From the NCBI RefSeq assembly GCF_001457615.1, contig NZ_LN831024.1, positions 2,850,001 through 2,882,000 of the forward strand: a stretch of DNA of 32,000 bases. The letters run 5' to 3'. The stretch's first letter is position 1, and the number at the start of each line of letters is the position of its first letter. The position numbers and the translations under genes are program-made. Below, in pieces: positions 15,945 through 25,058 of this stretch. The notes under the pieces were generated by a model that was not told the DNA's origin, did not search any database, and was given only the letters and a program-made list of their open reading frames with translations. The DNA is from Pseudomonas aeruginosa. GTDB taxonomy: Bacteria > Pseudomonadota > Gammaproteobacteria > Pseudomonadales > Pseudomonadaceae.

Positions 15945-18494
15945 CTACTCCAACACCCACTCCGCCAACTTCCCCGTCACCTGCGCCATCAGCACGTTCT
16001 CGATATCCCGCGCGCCCGCCGCGCTGCACTTGGCGAGCACGGCCTTGACGATGGCCGGGTCGAAGTCGAACTGTTTGCCGGTAGCGGCCTTGTAGCGTTC
16101 CCGCAGTTTTTCCAGCTTGGCCACGACGATGCCTTCCAGGGTGGCTTCCTCCAGCGGCCGGTAAGGCACCACGGTCATGCGCGCGAGGAACGCCGGGCGG
16201 AAGGTTTGCAGCAGGACTTTGCGCAGGCGCTCGTCGAAGGCCGGGGTGGCGACCTGTTCGGCCGGGCTGTCCAGCAGCAGTTCGGCGCCGACGTTGCTGG
16301 TGGCGAGGATCACGGTGTTCCTGAAGTCCACCACCAGGCCGGTGCCGTCTTCCATCACGCCCTTGTCGAACACGTTGTAGAAGGCTTCCAGCACGTCCGG
16401 ATGGGCTTTCTCGATCTCGTCCAGCAGCACCACCGAATAGGGCTTGCGGCGCACCGCTTCGGTGAGCACGCCACCGCTGCCGTAGCCGACGTAGCCGGGC
16501 GGGGCGCCCTTGAGCTGGCTGACGGTGTGGGCCTCCTGGTACTCGGAGAGGTTGATGCTGATCAGGTTGCGTTCGCCGCCGTAAAGGGCGTCGGCCAGGG
16601 CGTAGGCGGTCTCGGTCTTGCCCACGCCGGTGGGGCCGGGCAGGAGGAATACGCCGACCGGCTTGGCCGGGTCGCTGAGTCCGGCGCGATAGGCCTGGAT
16701 GCGCTGGGCGATGGCGCCCAGGGCGGCCTCCTGGCCCATCACCCGCTGGCCCATTCGTTGCGCCAGGGAACGGATGGCGTGGGCTTCGTCGGCGAGCATC
16801 TTGCCCACCGGGATGCCGGTCCAGCCGGCGATCACCGCGGCCACGGTACGCGAGTCCACCTGCTCGGGAACCAGCGGGTCGTCCTGGCGGATGGCTTCGA
16901 GGCCGGCCGCCAGGCGCGCCAGTTCGGCGGCCAGGTGGTCGATGCGACCGTCCAGTTCCTCGTCGGGCTTGGCCGCGTCGGCGCTTTCGCTGAGGGCCAG
17001 CAGTTCGCGGCGGATGTCGAGCAGTTCGCGCACCGCTTCGCGTTCCTCGTCCCAGCGGGTCTCCAGCTCGCGGATGGTCCGGCGGTTATCGCCCGACTCG
17101 CTTTCCAGGGCGGTGATACGCGCGCTGTGGTCGAGGCCGGTGGCCTGTTCCCGGCGCAGCCGCTGCAATTCCTCTTCCAGCGCCTGCTCGCGATGGCGCA
17201 GGCTTTCCAGCGGCGGCGGCACGTCGTGCTGGCCGAGGGCGACCCGCGCGCAGGCGGTGTCGAGCACGCTGATCGCCTTGTCCGGCAACTGGCGGCCGGA
17301 GATGTAGCGATGCGACAGCTTCACCGCATCGACGATGGCCGCGTCCATGATCTGCACGCCGTGATGCAGTTCCAGCTTGCCGGCGACGCCGCGCAGCATC
17401 TCCACGGCGGTGGCCTCGTCCGGCTCCTCGACCTGGACCAGCTGGAAGCGCCGGGTCAGCGCCGGGTCCTTCTCGAAGTATTTCTTGTATTCCAGCCAGG
17501 TGGTGGCCGCCAGGGTGCGCAACTCGCCGCGCGCCAGGGCCGGCTTGAGCAGGTTGGCGGCGTCGCTGCCGCCTTCCGCGCCGCCGGCGCCGATCAGCGT
17601 GTGCGCCTCGTCGATGAACAGGATGATCGGCTGCGCGCTGTTGCGCACGGCGTCGATCACGCCCTTGAGGCGCTGCTCGAACTCGCCCTTCATGCTGGCG
17701 CCGGCCTGCAACAGGCCGAGGTCGAGCACCCGCAGGATCACCTCCTGCAACGACGGCGGCACCTCGCCGGCGGCGATGCGCAGGGCCAGGCCCTCGACCA
17801 CCGCGGTCTTGCCGACGCCCGGCGCGCCGACCAGGATCGGGTTGTTCTGCCGCCGGCGCAGGAGGATGTCGACGCACTGGCGGATCTCCCCGTCGCGCCC
17901 GACTATGGGGTCGATGCGCCCGGCGCGGGCTTCGGCGGTGAGGTCCTGGGTGTACTGGTCGAGCAGCGGGTCCGGGGCGCTTTCCGGCTTGTCGCCGCCT
18001 GCCGCCGGGCGGTTCGGCGCGGGCGGCTGTTCGCGGGAGGCCTGGATCCACTCCAGCAGGTTGGCCTGCAAGGCCTCGTGGGGAATCCGCAGCAGCGACG
18101 ACGCGCTGTTCAGCAACAGGGCGCGGCGCTCCTCGCGGTCGAGCAGGGCGAGCAGCAGCAGGCCGGAACGGATCTGCGCCTGGCCGAGCACGCTGGCGTG
18201 GACCACGGCGTCCTCGAGCAGGCCGATGGTGTGCGCGGACAGCGCCGGAGTGCGGGTATTGCCGGCCTTGAACAGCTCCAGCGACAGGTTGATCTCGGCG
18301 ACCAGGGCGTCGCGCTCCAGGCCGAAGCGCGGCAGCAGGCAGGCGAAGTCGCCGCCGTCGATGTCCAGCAGCTCCAGCAGCAGGTGCTCGATCTCTACGT
18401 AATGATGGGTGCGTTGCAGGCAGCGTTGCGCGGCGCGCTCCAGGGAGCGGCGACAGTCCGGGTTGAGGCGGCCGATCAGGGCGGCGAGTTCCAT
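15945..18494 (-). CDS. clpV: T6SS AAA+ ATPase ClpV/TssH
   Basis: 849 aa. Two Walker A sites (LVGAPGVGKTAVVEGLA and LLPGPTGVGKTETAYALADAL), the arginine-finger/Walker B context IILFIDEAHTLIGAGG, and Clp-N repeats. Confidence 0.97.
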   Translation of the reverse strand: MELAALIGRLNPDCRRSLERAAQRCLQRTHHYVEIEHLLLELLDIDGGDFACLLPRFGLERDALVAEINLSLELFKAGNTRTPALSAHTIGLLEDAVVHASVLGQAQIRSGLLLLALLDREERRALLLNSASSLLRIPHEALQANLLEWIQASREQPPAPNRPAAGGDKPESAPDPLLDQYTQDLTAEARAGRIDPIVGRDGEIRQCVDILLRRRQNNPILVGAPGVGKTAVVEGLALRIAAGEVPPSLQEVILRVLDLGLLQAGASMKGEFEQRLKGVIDAVRNSAQPIILFIDEAHTLIGAGGAEGGSDAANLLKPALARGELRTLAATTWLEYKKYFEKDPALTRRFQLVQVEEPDEATAVEMLRGVAGKLELHHGVQIMDAAIVDAVKLSHRYISGRQLPDKAISVLDTACARVALGQHDVPPPLESLRHREQALEEELQRLRREQATGLDHSARITALESESGDNRRTIRELETRWDEEREAVRELLDIRRELLALSESADAAKPDEELDGRIDHLAAELARLAAGLEAIRQDDPLVPEQVDSRTVAAVIAGWTGIPVGKMLADEAHAIRSLAQRMGQRVMGQEAALGAIAQRIQAYRAGLSDPAKPVGVFLLPGPTGVGKTETAYALADALYGGERNLISINLSEYQEAHTVSQLKGAPPGYVGYGSGGVLTEAVRRKPYSVVLLDEIEKAHPDVLEAFYNVFDKGVMEDGTGLVVDFRNTVILATSNVGAELLLDSPAEQVATPAFDERLRKVLLQTFRPAFLARMTVVPYRPLEEATLEGIVVAKLEKLRERYKAATGKQFDFDPAIVKAVLAKCSAAGARDIENVLMAQVTGKLAEWVLE

Positions 18495-18495
18495 T

Positions 18496-19512
18496 TCAGG
18501 CTACCTCCGGCTGCCGCAGGTCAAGATCGATGCGCTGCCGCTGGCCGTCTTCGACGCGCCGCAGGCCGGTGTTCCAGCTCAGCCTGGGCGGTGCACCGCG
18601 CTCCAGGCGCAGCGGCGCGCCGCCGCTCACCAGCAGGCTCAGGCGACAATCCAGGTCGGGGCCGAAGTACAGCGCGGCGAGGCTGGCCAACTGGCCATGG
18701 GCGTCGCCGTCGGGGAAGAAGCGGGCGGCTTCGCGGGCATCCAGCGGACCGAGACTGAGGGCGATGCCGGCGTGCTCGTCCCAGGTGCGCGTGCCGGCTA
18801 TGGCGTCGCGACCCAGGCGCAGGTTGCGTCCGCCGCGTTGCAGCCGGCTGCGGCTGGCCGCGGGGATTTCCTTCCAGGCGCCCTGGTAGGCGTCCAGCCG
18901 TGCCTCCACGCCGAAGTGCTGGCGCACCAGGCCGGCGAAGCCGGCCAGGGAGCGACGCCCGCCGGCGAACAGCGCGGTGCGTGCCAGCACCGCGCTGTCC
19001 GGCAGCGCCAGGCGCTCTTGCAGGGCTTTCGGCAACAGGCCGCTGAGGGCGCGTAGCTGCGCCTGCACCGGGGTCGCCGCCGGCACCGCGAAACCGAGCG
19101 CCACGCGATGCTTGCGCAGTACCCGGTAGAGCAGGCTGAGCAGGCGGTGCTGGAACAGGTCGAGGAACTCGGCGGGGGCATGGTCCTTCTGCCGGGCACG
19201 CTGTTGCAGCCATTCCTGGTAGGCATAGGGCAACGGGCCGTCGGGGCCGCCGAGGCCGAACACCGGGGTGGACAGCACCGGTTGCTGCGGGTCGTCGAGC
19301 AGGCTTTCCACCTCGCTCGAGGCGAACAGCGGCAACAGCGGCCCGCGCAGGCGCAGGGCCTCCGCCCGCGGCGCGTTGCCGGTGCCCAGCGGCAACGCCT
19401 GGGGACGCTCGCGTTCGAGCAGCAGCAGCGCCTGCAACAGTTCGAAGCGCTGCGGCGTGCGGCGCAGCCGCTGACTCAGAGGGAGAGCGGCGAGCCGGCC
19501 TGGGGTTGCCAT
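18496..19512 (-). CDS. tssG: T6SS baseplate protein TssG
   Basis: 338 aa from MATPGRLAALPLSQRLRRTPQRFELLQALLLLERERP... with FGLGGPDGPLPYAYQEWLQQRARQKDHAPAEFLDLFQHRLLSLLYR, the TssG hallmark. The track ORF from 20010 is an over-extension. Confidence 0.95.
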   Translation of the reverse strand: MATPGRLAALPLSQRLRRTPQRFELLQALLLLERERPQALPLGTGNAPRAEALRLRGPLLPLFASSEVESLLDDPQQPVLSTPVFGLGGPDGPLPYAYQEWLQQRARQKDHAPAEFLDLFQHRLLSLLYRVLRKHRVALGFAVPAATPVQAQLRALSGLLPKALQERLALPDSAVLARTALFAGGRRSLAGFAGLVRQHFGVEARLDAYQGAWKEIPAASRSRLQRGGRNLRLGRDAIAGTRTWDEHAGIALSLGPLDAREAARFFPDGDAHGQLASLAALYFGPDLDCRLSLLVSGGAPLRLERGAPPRLSWNTGLRRVEDGQRQRIDLDLRQPEVA

Positions 19513-21269
19513 GTCTTCACCTCCTTGTCGGCTTCCACCAGGACCGTGCGCACGAAGCGGTTGGCGGTGGCATACAGCGAGAAGAACTGCGCCAGCACGG
19601 CGGAGAACAGCACGCCGCTGGCGCCGACGAAGTGCTGCGGATCGAGTCGCAGGCGGATTTCCAGGCCATTGCGCCAGCCGCGCCAGGCATCCTCGCCGAC
19701 GTGCGCCACCACCCGCTGGCAGTCGAGTTGCCTCAGCCCTTCTATCTGCCGGCGGGCGCTGGCGTCGTCGCGCAGGTTGTGCAGGGCGAGGATTTCCCGC
19801 AGGGCTTCGAGGGCGCGCGGGCCTTCCACCAGCGAGAGGTGGTTGAGGGTCAGCTGCGAGACCAGTCTCCAGCGCGACTGGCCGTCCAGGCGCGGCTGGC
19901 TCTGCGCGCTGGGCGCGTTGCGCAGGCGTGCGGCGGCGACCGGCCCGGGCCGTTCGAAGCCCAGCGCGGTGCCGGCACCCAGGCGCTCGGCCAGATAGCG
20001 ATTGGTGCATAGCAGCTCGGCGGTCAGGCTGAAGGCCGGGGCTTCGCGTAACGGGTCGAAGCCGGTATCCACCAGGCTCAGCAGCAGGTCGCTGCCCAGC
20101 CGGTTCGGGGTCAGCCCGGCGATGCGCCGGGCGTGCCAGTAGAGCGTGCCGAGGTGGCTGTCGTGGCGGCAGCCATAGTAGGCCGGGACTGGCTGCACGG
20201 TGCTCCCGGCAACCGAGCGCACGGCGCGGATGCTATGGATTTCCACGCTGTTCTCGCGGTGACTGTCGGCGACCAGGCGGTACTCGCTGCGGGTGCCGTC
20301 CGGGCGCAGCGGCTCCGAGGTCCGCGGAAAGAGGTTGATCGCCGGCGCGCAGCCGAGCTGGAAGTCTTCCGCCTGCAAATGCAGGCGTGCCGTCGGTGCG
20401 CGATCGAAGACCAGGTACAGGTAGAGCGTCTGTCCGTCGGCGAGCGCGCCGGACAGTGGCAGGTCGAAGAAGTGGAACTTGTCGGGGAAGGCGAAGTACT
20501 CGGCGAGCAGGCGCAGGCCCGGATGTCCGCCGTCTTCCTCCGGCAGCAGCGCCTCGTCGGCGGCGAAGCCGACGATCTCCGGCAGTCCGCGGAGCGCCGC
20601 CGGCGGCGTGCCGGGCGCCCCCGCCATGACCTGCACGGTATGCGCGGCGAGCAGGTCGTAGAGGATCGCGCAGCCCATCGGCGAAGCCGCCAGGTGGATG
20701 CGCAGGCGCTCGATCGACAGTTCGTCCCAGCGGTACTCGCCCAGGCAGCGCAGGCTCAGGCGCAACGCCGAGCGGGCGGCGACGACTCCGGTCAGGGCTT
20801 GCGCCTCCTCGCCGCCGAGGAGGTTCGCCTCGTCGATCGCCAGCGGCCACAGGGTCGCCTCGGCGCTGCTGCGGAAATGCACGCTGTCGCCGCCACGGGT
20901 GGTGACGAACAGCGCGGTGTCGCGCGGCAGCCGGTAGCCCTCGGCGAGGCTGCCCTGGGTCGGGTCCGGTTCGAACTGGACGATCGCGCAGGACGGCAGC
21001 GGGCGCAGCGCCAGGGGGTAGAGCTGTTCGAGGAGGGCGTCGCTGAACTCTGCGTAGTCGTCGTCGAGGCGCCGTTGCAGGCGCGCGGTGAGCAGCGAGA
21101 AGCCTTCCAGCAGACGCTCGACGTGCGGGTCGGGGCATTCGCCGGGGGCCAGTTGCAGGCGCCGGGCGACCTTCGGATAGCGCTCGGCGAAGGCGCCGCC
21201 GGCATGCCGCAGCCAGGTCAGCTCGCGCTGGTAGTAGTCGAGCAGGTCGGCATCAATCGAATCGCTCAT
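19476..21269 (-). CDS. tssF: T6SS baseplate protein TssF
   Basis: MSDSIDADLLDYYQRELTWLRHAGGAFAERYPKVARRLQLAPGECPDPHVERLLEGFSLLTARLQRRLDDDYAEFSDALLEQLYP is the canonical TssF N-terminus. Short overlaps with tssE and tssG. Confidence 0.97.
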   Translation of the reverse strand: MSDSIDADLLDYYQRELTWLRHAGGAFAERYPKVARRLQLAPGECPDPHVERLLEGFSLLTARLQRRLDDDYAEFSDALLEQLYPLALRPLPSCAIVQFEPDPTQGSLAEGYRLPRDTALFVTTRGGDSVHFRSSAEATLWPLAIDEANLLGGEEAQALTGVVAARSALRLSLRCLGEYRWDELSIERLRIHLAASPMGCAILYDLLAAHTVQVMAGAPGTPPAALRGLPEIVGFAADEALLPEEDGGHPGLRLLAEYFAFPDKFHFFDLPLSGALADGQTLYLYLVFDRAPTARLHLQAEDFQLGCAPAINLFPRTSEPLRPDGTRSEYRLVADSHRENSVEIHSIRAVRSVAGSTVQPVPAYYGCRHDSHLGTLYWHARRIAGLTPNRLGSDLLLSLVDTGFDPLREAPAFSLTAELLCTNRYLAERLGAGTALGFERPGPVAAARLRNAPSAQSQPRLDGQSRWRLVSQLTLNHLSLVEGPRALEALREILALHNLRDDASARRQIEGLRQLDCQRVVAHVGEDAWRGWRNGLEIRLRLDPQHFVGASGVLFSAVLAQFFSLYATANRFVRTVLVEADKEVKTWQPQAGSPLSL

Positions 21270-21678
21270 GGCGCACCTCGAGGCCATCGCTGCCCTGTTC
21301 GATGACGAATAGCGCAGGCATCAGGCGCGACCCGCTGCGCAGGCGGCCACCGAGCTGGATACGCAGGCGCTGCGGATTGCCCGGGTCAGGTTCGACCTCG
21401 ACCTCGGCCAGTTGCAGGCGCGGCTCGAAATGCTCGACCGCCGCCCGCACCTCGCGCGCCAGCTGGCGCCGGTCCTCGGCGCGCAGGCGTTGCACGGCGG
21501 TCCAGTCGGCGAGCCCGTAGGCGAGGATGCCGCTGCGCGCATTCGCCGGGCGCCGTGTGTTGAGCAGGCGCAGCAGCTCGCCGCGGACCGACTCGGCCAG
21601 CGCCCGGTCGTCGAACGCGGGACGTTCGTCGGCCTCGGCGCTGAGGCGCTCGAACAGCGGCGGCAGGGCTCCGGACAT
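21253..21678 (-). CDS. tssE: T6SS baseplate protein TssE (gp25-like)
   Basis: 141 aa. PPLFERLSAEADE...SVRGELLRLLNTRRPANARSG...YGLADWTAV...RAAVEHFEPRLQLAEVEVEP, gp25-like. Confidence 0.93.
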   Translation of the reverse strand: MSGALPPLFERLSAEADERPAFDDRALAESVRGELLRLLNTRRPANARSGILAYGLADWTAVQRLRAEDRRQLAREVRAAVEHFEPRLQLAEVEVEPDPGNPQRLRIQLGGRLRSGSRLMPALFVIEQGSDGLEVRHERFD

Positions 21679-21690
21679 GTCGGCGCCCGG

Positions 21691-22188
21691 TCACTTGACC
21701 AGCTGGTTGGCGGCCAGGTCCCAGGTCGAGGCGGCCGTGCCTTCCTTGGTGCCGTCGTCCTTCTGCGCGGTCAGCTCCCACTTGATCTTGGTGAAGTTCA
21801 GCGACAGGGTCTCCACCGGCTTGCCGCCGGCGCCGCCGCTGACGCTGACGTTGGAGAGCACCACGTTGTTCAGGGTGTAGACGATGAAGGGCATGATCTG
21901 CCCGTTGCCCTCGGCGGCGTTGCGGCCGATGGTGATGGTCGCCTCGGCGATCGGCTTGCCGGCGCAGCAATACTCGTTGAGGGTCGGGGTCGAGGTGTCG
22001 ATGAACTTGGTGAGGGTGAATTCGCCGACGTGGGGTTTGCCGGAGGTGCGCTCCGAGTTGCTGACGTCGTTGGTGACCTGCATCGCCACGTTGTGGCTGT
22101 AGGACATGATTTCGATCTTGTTTTCGTAGCCGACGAGCAGGCTGTCGCCTTTGATGTCGCTGCCGAAATCGAGAATGATCGCATCCAT
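21691..22188 (-). CDS. hcp: Haemolysin-coregulated protein Hcp (TssD)
   Basis: 165 aa. MDAIILDFGSDIKGDSLLVGYENKIEIMSYSHNVAMQVTNDVSNSERTSGKPHVGEFTLTKFIDTSTPTLNEYCCAGKPIAEATITIGR. Confidence 0.97.
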   Translation of the reverse strand: MDAIILDFGSDIKGDSLLVGYENKIEIMSYSHNVAMQVTNDVSNSERTSGKPHVGEFTLTKFIDTSTPTLNEYCCAGKPIAEATITIGRNAAEGNGQIMPFIVYTLNNVVLSNVSVSGGAGGKPVETLSLNFTKIKWELTAQKDDGTKEGTAASTWDLAANQLVK

Positions 22189-22261
22189 CGCATCTGACTC
22201 CTGGAGAGGGGCTGTCTGGAACGGGAAGGGCGCCCCGCCGGCGCTGCCGGCGGGGGCGGAC

Positions 22262-23746
22262 TCACGCCGCTACCGGCGGCGGCAGGTTGGCGACCAGGCG
22301 GATCGACGCGCTGAGTTCCTCGAGCTGGAAGTGCGGCCGGAGGAACACCGTGGCGCGGTAGGCCCCCGGTTTGCCGGCCACCTCGCTGACATCCACCCGC
22401 GCCTCGCGCAGCGGGTACTGCGCCTTGATTTCCTGCGGTGCGTTGTCGTTGATCAGCACGTAGTCGGCGATCCAGTTGTTCAGGTAGGTCTGCACGTTGT
22501 CGCGGGTCATGAAGCTGCCGACCTTGTCGCGCATGATCACCTTCAGGTAGTGGGCGAAGCGCGATGCCGCCAGCACGTACGGCAGCATCGCCGACAGGCG
22601 CGCGTTGGCGTTGGCCTCGTTGGTGTTGTAGAGCCTGGCCTTGTTGGTGGTCTGGCCGCCGAAGAACACCGCCACGTCGCTGTTCTTCTTGTGGCACAGG
22701 GAAATGAAGCCGAGATCGTTGAGTTCCTTCTCGCGGCGGTCGGTGATCGCCACCTCGGTCGGGCACTTCAGCGACAGGTCGCCGGAGCTGGTGCGGAACG
22801 TGTGCGCCGGTAGGCCCTCGACCGCGCCGCCGCCTTCCGCGCCGCGGATCGCCGCGCACCAGCCGTACTTGGCGAAGGCCTCGGTGATGCGCTGCGCCAG
22901 GACCCAGGCGGCGTTGCCCCAGAGGTACTTGGAGTGGTCGGTGCCGTTGACGTCCTCGACATAGTTCATGCCTTCCACCGGTCGCGTCTCCGGGCCGTAG
23001 GGCAGGCGCAAGAGGAAGTTCGGCAGCACCAGCGACACGTAGCGCGAGTCCTCGCTCTCGCGGAAGGCGCGCCACTTGATCAGCTCCAGGCTCTCGAAGA
23101 TCTTGGTCAGGTCGCGTGGCACGGCCAGTTCGGTGAAGCTGTTCATGTCGAACAGGCGTGGGCTGGCGGCGGCGATGAACGGCGCGTGGGCAGCCGCGGC
23201 GACGTTCGACAGCTTCTCCAGCAGGCCGATGTCCTGCGGATGGCGACCGAAGGTGAAGTCGCCGATCAGCAGGCTGAAGGGGTGTCCGCCGAAGGTGCCG
23301 TATTCCTCTTCGTAGATCTTCTTGAACAGTGCGCTCTGGTCGAATTCGACCGCCTTCTCCAGGTCGTTCTGCAGTTCGTTCTTGCCGACGTTCAGCAGGC
23401 GCAGCTTGAGCCGCGCGCTGGTCTCGGTGTTGCTCACCAGTTGGTGCAGGCCGCGCCAGGAGGCTTCCAGCTTCTGCAACTCGGGGTGGTGGATGATCTG
23501 GTTGAGCTGGTCGCTGATCAGCGCATCGATCTGGCTGATGCGGTCGTTGATCATCGCCACGGTGTCCTTGTCGACGGCCATGCCCTCGTCGAGGACCTGG
23601 GTGGCGAATTCCGCGAGCATGTCGCGGGCATAGTCCTGCTGGCTGTCGTCGTGGGCCATGCGGCCCTTGGCGATGATCTCGTCGAGCAGGGACAGGGTCT
23701 GGGTCGAACTCTCGCCGGATTGTTCGGCGGCGGATGACTTGGGCAT
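22262..23746 (-). CDS. tssC: T6SS contractile sheath large subunit TssC (VipB)
   Basis: 494 aa. DALISDQLNQIIHHPELQKLEASWRGLHQLV, FGGHPFSLLIGDFTFGRHPQDI, LPNFLLRLPYGPETRPVEGMNYVEDV, C-terminal FLRPHFQLEELSASIRLVANLPP. Confidence 0.98.
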   Translation of the reverse strand: MPKSSAAEQSGESSTQTLSLLDEIIAKGRMAHDDSQQDYARDMLAEFATQVLDEGMAVDKDTVAMINDRISQIDALISDQLNQIIHHPELQKLEASWRGLHQLVSNTETSARLKLRLLNVGKNELQNDLEKAVEFDQSALFKKIYEEEYGTFGGHPFSLLIGDFTFGRHPQDIGLLEKLSNVAAAAHAPFIAAASPRLFDMNSFTELAVPRDLTKIFESLELIKWRAFRESEDSRYVSLVLPNFLLRLPYGPETRPVEGMNYVEDVNGTDHSKYLWGNAAWVLAQRITEAFAKYGWCAAIRGAEGGGAVEGLPAHTFRTSSGDLSLKCPTEVAITDRREKELNDLGFISLCHKKNSDVAVFFGGQTTNKARLYNTNEANANARLSAMLPYVLAASRFAHYLKVIMRDKVGSFMTRDNVQTYLNNWIADYVLINDNAPQEIKAQYPLREARVDVSEVAGKPGAYRATVFLRPHFQLEELSASIRLVANLPPPVAA

Positions 23747-23768
23747 GGCGGCTTCTCCGGGAAGAGGG

Positions 23769-24314
23769 TCAGGCCGGCTGGTCGGCCGGGGGTTCGCTGT
23801 CGCCGGCCGGGGCCGCTTCGGCTTCCGGGCGGGCCGCTTTGATTTCCTGCAGGCCTTCGGTGTTGGCCACCACGTCCTGCAGCAACTGGTCGAGGTCGTC
23901 GTTGCCGTCGAGCTTGGTCAGCAGGTCGCGCAGGCGCTGGCGCGCTTCGAACAGGCGACGCAACGGGACCACCTGCTTCACCAGGTTGACCGGGTCGAAG
24001 TCCTCGATGTGGTTGAAGCGCAGCTCGACGTTCAGCTTGCTGTCGTCGCCGCTGATGGTGTTGTCGACCTGCAGGGTGGCGCGGGGAGAGATGGAGGAGA
24101 GGATCTCGTTGAAGTTGTCGCGGTCGATGTCGACGAAACGCCGTTCGACCAGCTTCGCCGGCGGGGTATCCGGCTTGCCGGAGAGGTCGGCGAGGATGCC
24201 GACCACCAGGGGCAGCTCCTTCTTCTCGATGGCGTTGCCGATCTCGACGTCGTAGGTGATCTGCACGCGCGGCGGGCGCACCCGGTCCAGCTTGTGCTGC
24301 GTACTCTCGGCCAT
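23769..24314 (-). CDS. tssB: T6SS contractile sheath small subunit TssB (VipA)
   Basis: 181 aa from MAESTQHKLDRVRPPRVQITYDVEIGNAIEKKELPLVVGILADLSGKPDTPPAKLVERRFVDIDRDNFNEIL. The track ORF from 24452 is an over-extension. Confidence 0.97.
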   Translation of the reverse strand: MAESTQHKLDRVRPPRVQITYDVEIGNAIEKKELPLVVGILADLSGKPDTPPAKLVERRFVDIDRDNFNEILSSISPRATLQVDNTISGDDSKLNVELRFNHIEDFDPVNLVKQVVPLRRLFEARQRLRDLLTKLDGNDDLDQLLQDVVANTEGLQEIKAARPEAEAAPAGDSEPPADQPA

Positions 24315-24522
24315 GGCGGCTGACTCCGATGCAATGGTGGGGGAGCAATGCATCGGGCGGATGCCCTGATCATCGCAGTCCCTTGCTGGATCACAGGCAT
24401 GACAGGGAAAACGGCGCAGAACCTGTCCTTGGCGATCCCTCTGGTCCGTCACTGGCGACGAACTACAAAAGACGCTAGAACAGGTCTATGGATTTGCAAA
24501 ATAAAATTTTCGTTGGACTCCC

Positions 24523-24999
24523 ATGAAGCACGGATGTTTCACCATATGTCGGAAATTCTCCCTGGCGCTGGCGATCCTGGCGCTGGCCGGCTGCTCGTAT
24601 TTCTTCGCGCCGCGGGTCGAGTTGCAGCGGCTGACCCTGGATGTCGCCGCGCGCGCCAACGACGACTCGCCGATCGCCGTGGATTTCGTCGCGGTGAAGG
24701 ATGCGGAGCTGTTCAAGGAACTGGCCGGACTGCCGGCCAGCCAGTGGTTCGCCAATCGCGAGCAGTACCGCCGCGACTACCGGCAGCAGTTCGCGGTATG
24801 GAGCCTGGAGCTGGTCCCGGGGCAGTTCATCGAGTCGGAGTCCTTCCCCTTGCGCGGCGACCGCGCAACTGGACTTTTGGTCTTCGCCGGCTATAACACA
24901 CCCGGCGCGCACCGCTTGCGCCTCGACCAGCAGCAGCGCGTCTGGCTGCGTCTGGATACCCGGGAAATGCGACTGGTCAACGATCCCGCCACGCGTTAG
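24523..24999 (+). CDS. tssJ: T6SS outer-membrane lipoprotein TssJ
   Basis: 158 aa. Signal peptide with lipobox ALAILALAGCSYFF and C-terminal TssJ-type beta structure. First gene of the divergent tssJKLM operon. Confidence 0.92.
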   Translation: MKHGCFTICRKFSLALAILALAGCSYFFAPRVELQRLTLDVAARANDDSPIAVDFVAVKDAELFKELAGLPASQWFANREQYRRDYRQQFAVWSLELVPGQFIESESFPLRGDRATGLLVFAGYNTPGAHRLRLDQQQRVWLRLDTREMRLVNDPATR

Positions 25000-25058
25000 C
25001 GGAGGGGCAGGCGAGCGACCGTCGTGCACGACAACGTAGGACGTCGAAGGGGAGTCGT

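Noticed and set aside
16206-18758. 850-aa plus-strand ORF antisense to clpV
   Set aside because: Mirror frame of an unambiguous ClpV; no motifs recognised.
22240-22262. Possible additional gene in the hcp-tssC gap (about 22189-22261)
   Set aside because: Only about 73 bp, with GC-rich hairpin-like sequence and no room for a gene. Coordinates here are nominal; the gap is treated as an intergenic spacer.
25021-25032. 12-bp palindrome GTCGTGCACGAC upstream of tssK
   Set aside because: Short GC-rich palindromes are expected by chance here; no supporting promoter context was seen.
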